Shown here piece after piece: positions 42,920 to 47,466 of a stretch of DNA of 47,466 nt (positions are counted from its first letter, which is position 1; each line of letters begins with the position of its first letter). The stretch is from an uncultured Candidatus Saccharibacteria bacterium (lineage in GTDB: Bacteria > Patescibacteriota > Minisyncoccia > UBA6257 > 2-01-FULL-56-20). Both the position numbers and the translations under genes were made by a program. The stretch is from the NCBI GenBank assembly GCA_964568535.1, contig CAZMPQ010000002.1:1-47466 (forward strand). Reading direction: 5' to 3'. The notes under the pieces were generated by a model that was not told the DNA's origin, did no database searches, and was given only the letters and a program-made list of their open reading frames with translations.

Positions 42920-42951
42920 GTAAAAACATCCCACGCGTGGGATGTTTTTAC
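42920..42951 (-). terminator. palindromic terminator after tRNA-Glu
   Basis: GTAAAAACATCCCA cgcg TGGGATGTTTTTAC. Confidence 0.75.
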
Positions 42952-42957
42952 TCGTTG

Positions 42958-43032
42958 TAGCGCCAACGGGATTCGAACCCGTGTTCCCGCCGTGAGAGGG
43001 CGGTGTCCTGGACCGGGCTAGACGATAGCGCC
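42958..43032 (-). tRNA. tRNA-Glu (anticodon CTC)
   Basis: Reverse complement: GGCGCTA acceptor (G-U at 1:72), GTCTAGCCCGGTCCAGGAC D-arm typical of tRNA-Glu, CCGCC-CTCTCAC-GGCGG, ACGGG-TTCGAAT-CCCGT. Confidence 0.88.
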
Positions 43033-43043
43033 GTGCGGAAATA

Positions 43044-43071
43044 ATCATAACGAAATTTCAGCATACAGCAA
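43044..43071 (-). promoter_or_regulatory. candidate promoter of tRNA-Glu (TTGCTG-16nt-TATGAT on minus strand)
   Basis: The reverse complement of 43066-43071 is TTGCTG; the reverse complement of 43044-43049 is TATGAT. Confidence 0.45.
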
Positions 43072-43120
43072 CCCCGCTCGCGCATCACGCGCTTTTCGTG
43101 GTACAGTTCATCATCACCTC

Positions 43121-44110
43121 ATGACATCCCTCGCATTCACCATCGTTCAACTTGCGGCAGCACTCCTGACGCTCTTGGGGCAGGCGCCAAACTTGTCTGC
43201 GCCAGCACGAGCGCAGCTCGCGTCTGTTGCCGACCAGGCGGTCGCGACGGCGGTGTGGACCCTGAAGACCGTTCCGGCAACCACGCCGGTTGACGTGGAC
43301 GCGAACATCCACAAATTGCGGAACGCTTTATATATCTCCGAGGCGGGCGGGCGCATCGCGCTTGGCGTGAAGCATCCATTGACCGGCGGTGTTATGGAGC
43401 TGTTAGAGGAGTACGCATCGTTCGGTCATCTAGATGCGGACGGACTCTCGGACGCGATGCCCATCGTCCGCACGACGTATCCGGACGGCAGAACGGCGTA
43501 TCACCTCGCCATTATGCGAAACTTCGCGGGTGCGTTCGTGAACACCCTCCGCGAGCCGTTGCCGGAATTGGAAACCGTCTATGAACATCGCATCGCGAAC
43601 GAAGGCCTCCACCTTGATTTCAAAGCGAAGGGCGCGGAACGCACGACCGTCTTCTATATCGCGCATCCGCAATACAAGGAAGCGCCCCCGTTCGTCATCG
43701 TGCGGAACCCCGAACCGCTCGCGGTTGTTGACCGCACGGCAACGATGGGGAACAAGCTTGCATCCTTCCTGATCTTCGCCGCGCCGTGGAGTGGAGGAGT
43801 TTCGGTGCGTTCCGTGACGCTCAACAAGGACTTTGACCACGGCATTCGCCTGGCGAATCTCCGTGTGGCTCATGCTTCGCGCACACAGGCGAACGTGCAA
43901 GATGCTGAAAGCGAGATGGTATTCCCCGTAGAGCTTTCCGTTCCGGCAGGAACGATAGGGACGCTGGACGTATACGCAGATGTGACAGGTGGGGAAACAG
44001 GAACACGCACGAGCGTTCTGGATCTCATCTCCGGCGAGGCGATGAGCGGCACGGGCGGTTCGCTCGCATGGCCCGCGCCGGTCGACGGACAGGATATCGT
44101 GGTGCGTTGA
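43121..44110 (+). CDS. hypothetical protein with N-terminal signal/TM segment (329 aa)
   Basis: MTSLAFTIVQLAAALLTLLGQAPNLSAPA...; no recognisable family. Confidence 0.6.
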   Translation: MTSLAFTIVQLAAALLTLLGQAPNLSAPARAQLASVADQAVATAVWTLKTVPATTPVDVDANIHKLRNALYISEAGGRIALGVKHPLTGGVMELLEEYASFGHLDADGLSDAMPIVRTTYPDGRTAYHLAIMRNFAGAFVNTLREPLPELETVYEHRIANEGLHLDFKAKGAERTTVFYIAHPQYKEAPPFVIVRNPEPLAVVDRTATMGNKLASFLIFAAPWSGGVSVRSVTLNKDFDHGIRLANLRVAHASRTQANVQDAESEMVFPVELSVPAGTIGTLDVYADVTGGETGTRTSVLDLISGEAMSGTGGSLAWPAPVDGQDIVVR

Positions 44111-44142
44111 TTCAGCGGATAGCAGAGAGATAGGATGTGAGA

Positions 44143-44173
44143 CGCCCCCGGCCGTAGTACGGCACCGGGGGCG
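44143..44173. terminator. GC-rich hairpin between convergent genes
   Basis: CGCCCCCGG..CCGGGGGCG outer stem with an inner GCCG tagta CGGC. Confidence 0.55.
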
Positions 44174-44174
44174 G

Positions 44175-44864
44175 TCAGTCAAAGTTGAGCACGGGCTCGG
44201 CGAATCGTGCAAGTTGTCGCGCGACGCGGTCCTTCAGTGTTCGGGGGACGGCTGCCGTGTATGGGAAATGCATCGTGCGGCCTTCGAAGACCGTGTAAAC
44301 GTCGCCTTTGAGAACCGCGAAATGGCCGCGACGGAATCCCGTGCTACGCGTCAGCACCGGAACTGAGGTGATGAGCTCATCAAGTGTGTACTGCCACAGC
44401 GTGATCGTTGCCGCGAGATGGTTGTCTCGCTGACTATGGGTGCGATGGGCACGGAGCGCGTAGAGAAGCCGGGGGTCAATGATGTGCAGGGTAAGCGTCC
44501 GTTCAGCAAGCTCGCGATAGAGCGATACAAGCGTTCGGACAGATCTCGTGATCCGTTCTTCGGGGCGGTGTTTCCGCGCTTCGTACCGATAGACGAAGTA
44601 GAGGCAGTGCTCTCGCCCTCTCCCGAGGCCATCGAGGTACCCTTCTAATTGTTCAATGAACACATTCACGCCGTTCGCCGAACTGCCGCCACTCTTGACC
44701 TCCAATCGAGCATCCCATGCTTCGTGGTCGATATCGGCGATGTGGACGTTGCTCCGGGGGAGAATGTCGCCGCCGACAAGATGAGTGGTGAGCTCAACAA
44801 AGAAATCGCCGATCCCATAGCGGTGCGCGTTGGGATTAGCGAGAACCTTCCGCGGGTTCTTCAT
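44175..44864 (-). CDS. hypothetical protein with PD-(D/E)XK nuclease-like motif
   Basis: GDFFVELTTH (helix Glu), ..IADID.., ..ARLEVKSG.. fits E...D...ExK spacing. GGAGGA 7 nt upstream of the ATG. Confidence 0.6.
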   Translation of the reverse strand: MKNPRKVLANPNAHRYGIGDFFVELTTHLVGGDILPRSNVHIADIDHEAWDARLEVKSGGSSANGVNVFIEQLEGYLDGLGRGREHCLYFVYRYEARKHRPEERITRSVRTLVSLYRELAERTLTLHIIDPRLLYALRAHRTHSQRDNHLAATITLWQYTLDELITSVPVLTRSTGFRRGHFAVLKGDVYTVFEGRTMHFPYTAAVPRTLKDRVARQLARFAEPVLNFD

Positions 44865-44936
44865 CGTAAATCCTCCTCGCGCCCGACATGGGTGCTGCCC
44901 GTATTGAAGCAGGGAATCATCCGCACGCGCAAGTCG

Positions 44937-44965
44937 TTGACACTAATGCACACAACCCGTAGTAT
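44937..44965 (+). promoter_or_regulatory. consensus-like promoter (TTGACA-17nt-TAGTAT) for the glycosylase-like gene
   Basis: Hexamers at 44937-44942 and 44960-44965. Confidence 0.6.
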
Positions 44966-45022
44966 CGCATGCAGCAGTATTGAGATGGTTTCTCAGAGCG
45001 CGCGAGAGGAGGTGAGAGCCAC

Positions 45023-46078
45023 ATGCGCGTCATCGTTGATTTTGATCTTGCTCGTATGAATTTCGATACGCTCATGGCGGCCCTCGCCGCGGGTGCGTAT
45101 CCGTACAACACAAAGAAAGGCCAGGTGCCGCAGATACCCGAGAATCTGCCACGGAACGGTTTCGCGAGCGAAGTGCACAAGGCCAGTTTCTTCTTCGCTG
45201 CGTGCTACTTCATGCGCGGTGGTGTGACGAGCGACAGCGGTGTTCGTGGGCTCACGCGCATGTACAACGAGCATCCGGAATATTTCGAGCCCTCCGTTGC
45301 CGCAGAACTGGAGCCGCAGGCGATCCGCGAAGCGCTGCTCAAAGTACGCTTGGGCTACAACGAGCTTCCCAACACTCCGCGATTCTGGGTGGAGAACTCC
45401 AAACAGATCGTGCAGTTCTGGCAAGGAGATCCGCGTCGCATCTTTGACGGGGTTGGGACCTACGACGAGGCGTGTGCGCGGGTGCAGAACCAAAAGACGC
45501 GGCGGAAGGCAAGGCCAAAGTCCCCGTATCCGGGATTCCTCGGTTTCCAGGAAAAAATGGTGAGCATGCTCATCTACTTCTTCATGGACGTGGGGCTCCT
45601 CACGCCGTGGCACTTTCCGTTGCCGATAGATTTCCAAGTGCTCCGATTTCTTTTGGAGCACGAGATCATCCGCGTGGAGGACTTGCCGAACGGGAACTAC
45701 TACCATAGCGAGGTGCTTGCCGAAGCGAGGGCGCTGACGCTCTGGTACGCGCAGGAGCACAACATCAATCCGCTGCGCTTCTGTGACGCCGTATGGTGCT
45801 ACTCGCGAGCGGTGTGCGAGCAGAATCCCGGCAACGAGACCCGCGGGCGCGGTAGGTACAGGAAGGGAGGATTGGGACGCAAGGCGCCCATTAGGGCCGC
45901 GGAGGTGGTCTGGTCGCGAAGTCAGCTTGAAGCGTACGAACGCTCCTGCGGGCGGTGTCCGGTAGAGGCGAGCTGCAAGTGGAACATCCCTTCGGGGCCG
46001 TACTACGTGCAAGGTAAGCTCATCATCCGGGGGCCACGACGGCGTTCGCCCCAGCTCCATCTCTTCGGTAAACGGTAG
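45023..46078 (+). CDS. divergent HhH-GPD superfamily DNA glycosylase-like protein with Cys cluster
   Basis: FLGFQEKMVSMLIYF aligns by eye with EndoIII LPGVGRKTANVVL. LPIDFQVLRF aligns with VDTHIFRV (catalytic Asp). C-terminal CGRCPVEASC matches Cx2Cx5C. GGAGG 9 nt upstream of the ATG. Confidence 0.6.
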   Translation: MRVIVDFDLARMNFDTLMAALAAGAYPYNTKKGQVPQIPENLPRNGFASEVHKASFFFAACYFMRGGVTSDSGVRGLTRMYNEHPEYFEPSVAAELEPQAIREALLKVRLGYNELPNTPRFWVENSKQIVQFWQGDPRRIFDGVGTYDEACARVQNQKTRRKARPKSPYPGFLGFQEKMVSMLIYFFMDVGLLTPWHFPLPIDFQVLRFLLEHEIIRVEDLPNGNYYHSEVLAEARALTLWYAQEHNINPLRFCDAVWCYSRAVCEQNPGNETRGRGRYRKGGLGRKAPIRAAEVVWSRSQLEAYERSCGRCPVEASCKWNIPSGPYYVQGKLIIRGPRRRSPQLHLFGKR

Positions 46079-46138
46079 ATTCAAGGCGGCCGTTGCCCAC
46101 ATCGGGACGGCCGCCGTTCGTTTTTGTATAATGGAGAC

Positions 46139-46852
46139 ATGTCAAAGCTCATCGTTGCAAATTGGAAGTTACATCCGCTTACGGTCAAAGATGCGCTTCG
46201 CATCGCAAAGGCGAGCGACCGCAAGCACGCCGTTGTGTGCCCGCCATACCCGTTTCTGCCGGCGGTTGCGAGAGTTCTGAAGCGCGCGGCACTCGGCGCG
46301 CAAGACGTGTTCTGGCAGGAAGAAGGTCCGCACACCGGCGAGGTGTCCGCACAGATGCTCAAAGCATTCAAGGCGCGATACGTCATCGTCGGTCACTCGG
46401 AGCGACGCGGACTGATAGGCGAGACGGATTGGATGGTGCATCGGAAAGTTCGCGCGGCGCAGGCGGCCGGACTCCGCGTCATCCTCTGTGTTGGCGAGCC
46501 GGGCAGTGTTCGGAAGAAAGGCATCGCTGCGGCGAAAAAGTATGTTGCGAATCAGTTGAAGCACGACCTCAAGGGAGCGAAGGGCCGCGTCGTTTTGGCG
46601 TACGAACCCATCTGGGCCATCGGCACGGGCAAGGCGGATACGCCGAAACAATCCGCCGAGATGGCGTGGTTCATCAAGTCATATTGCCGCGCGAAGCTCG
46701 GTCTCCCGCGCGTTGAGGTGCTCTACGGCGGTTCGGTAAAACCGAAGAACGCGCGGCGATTCCTCGTGCATGCAGAGATTGACGGCGCCCTCGTCGGCGG
46801 CGCGAGCGTGAAACCCAAGGAGTTCCGCGCCGTTCTCAAGGCGGGAGCGTAG
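46139..46852 (+). CDS. tpiA: triosephosphate isomerase
   Basis: MSKLIVANWKLH...VGHSERR...YEPIWAIGTG...; GGAG 4 nt upstream of 46139. Confidence 0.94.
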   Translation: MSKLIVANWKLHPLTVKDALRIAKASDRKHAVVCPPYPFLPAVARVLKRAALGAQDVFWQEEGPHTGEVSAQMLKAFKARYVIVGHSERRGLIGETDWMVHRKVRAAQAAGLRVILCVGEPGSVRKKGIAAAKKYVANQLKHDLKGAKGRVVLAYEPIWAIGTGKADTPKQSAEMAWFIKSYCRAKLGLPRVEVLYGGSVKPKNARRFLVHAEIDGALVGGASVKPKEFRAVLKAGA

Positions 46853-46873
46853 CCGGGGACTCTTGCAATCAGA

Positions 46874-46906
46874 AAAAGGCCTGCGCATACTGTGCGCAGG
46901 CCTTTT
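46874..46906. terminator. bidirectional palindromic terminator after tpiA
   Basis: AAAAGGCCTGCGCA tactg TGCGCAGGCCTTTT. Confidence 0.75.
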
Positions 46907-46941
46907 CGGTTCGGGGAATGTTCGAGTTCAGAAAGGAGGTG

Positions 46942-47466
46942 ATGCGCGTGACCCGGGAAGAGATCCGTGCTGAGGTGTGGAAGCAAGTAACGTACGGCAA
47001 TCCGCCGCGCCTGCTGCTCTACACCATCCGTAAGCAGATCGTGGCAGGCCTGTTGGCGCGTTACCACGCCGATGAGCTCCGAGCGGAAGACCGTCGAGTA
47101 GTGGATGCTGCAGCACAGGCTCGCATAGATCTTGAGGACCTCGTTGCCGTCGCCGCAAGCCAAGGCATGAGCGAGTCGTTTGACGCCGAGGAACTGCGAC
47201 TGCTCCGAAGTGTCTACGAGACGGTCCAGATGGTGTGCCGGTGCGTGTACGATCGGTTCGACAGCGATCCGTATCTGCGCATTTGCTGGTCCCGGGATGC
47301 CGTGATGAGCGAATCGGTCTTCGCTGGCGAGACGATAGGCGACATCGAGCTCTACCTCAGCGCCAGTCATCTTCCGAGCTACGCGTTCCTGGATCGGCTG
47401 ATGTATTCCCATGACGTACCGCAGATACTCCAGCATGCGTTCCATGCGGTCTTCGGCGAGCCGCGC
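46942..47466 (+). CDS. hypothetical protein, 3'-truncated by the window end
   Basis: Open frame from the ATG at 46942 (or in-frame GTG at 46948) to the window end, preceded by AGGAGG (46934-46939). It competes with a minus-strand 240-aa ORF that would have to read through the tpiA terminator. Confidence 0.45.
   Translation, partial: MRVTREEIRAEVWKQVTYGNPPRLLLYTIRKQIVAGLLARYHADELRAEDRRVVDAAAQARIDLEDLVAVAASQGMSESFDAEELRLLRSVYETVQMVCRCVYDRFDSDPYLRICWSRDAVMSESVFAGETIGDIELYLSASHLPSYAFLDRLMYSHDVPQILQHAFHAVFGEPR

Noticed and set aside
46723-47445. The 240-aa minus-strand ORF at the window end
   Set aside because: It would overlap tpiA and read through a perfect terminator palindrome. The plus-strand frame with AGGAGG is preferred, at low confidence.

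Overview
This 47.5-kb window appears to be mostly core genome from a small-genome, fairly GC-rich bacterium. I infer Candidate Phyla Radiation / Patescibacteria (Parcubacteria-like) from two things: the very compact ribosomal-protein cluster and the lack of an L30 gene between rpsE and rplO.

Gene order:
- str operon: rpsL-rpsG-fusA-tuf-rpsJ.
- A terminator and a small inserted antisense gene.
- S10/spc cluster: rplC-rplD-rplW-rplB-rpsS-rplV-rpsC-rplP-rpmC-rpsQ-rplN-rplX-rplE-rpsZ-rpsH-rplF-rplR-rpsE-rplO-secY-adk-(second adk-like)-map.
- GT2 glycosyltransferase, greA, lysS, a cytidylyltransferase-family protein, a small hypothetical, and dnaE (minus strand).
- A more A/T-rich accessory segment bracketed by two tRNA-Thr genes, carrying an HNH endonuclease, a secreted lyase-like protein and a SAM methyltransferase.
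- A 777-aa tandem-repeat surface protein, rpmG, tRNA-Trp, a CPA2 antiporter, two small membrane proteins, rplJ-rplL, a GC-rich hypothetical, tRNA-Val, a Big_2 surface protein and yvcK.
- Start of the dcw cluster: mraZ-rsmH-ftsL-ftsI-murF.
- tRNA-Glu, three accessory genes (including a PD-(D/E)XK-like nuclease divergent from an HhH-GPD/FeS glycosylase-like protein), tpiA, and a partial ORF at the window end.

The most unusual content is non-coding:
1. A conserved multi-hairpin element trails three tRNA genes. Each copy is bounded by an inverted and a direct copy of tRNA T-arm sequence, and the helices co-vary between copies.
2. A second family of long closed multi-hairpin elements starts right after the stop codons of secY, greA and rplL.
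3. Heptad-periodic repeats, (GTATCAR)n / (YTGAYAC)n, fill otherwise tight operon junctions and end 6-10 nt before start codons that have no Shine-Dalgarno sequence.
4. A near-identical 30-nt ATTCGTATATTCGGGAATACTCTC-ATG module sits on three start codons.

All calls come from reading the sequence and the ORF track. No database search was run.
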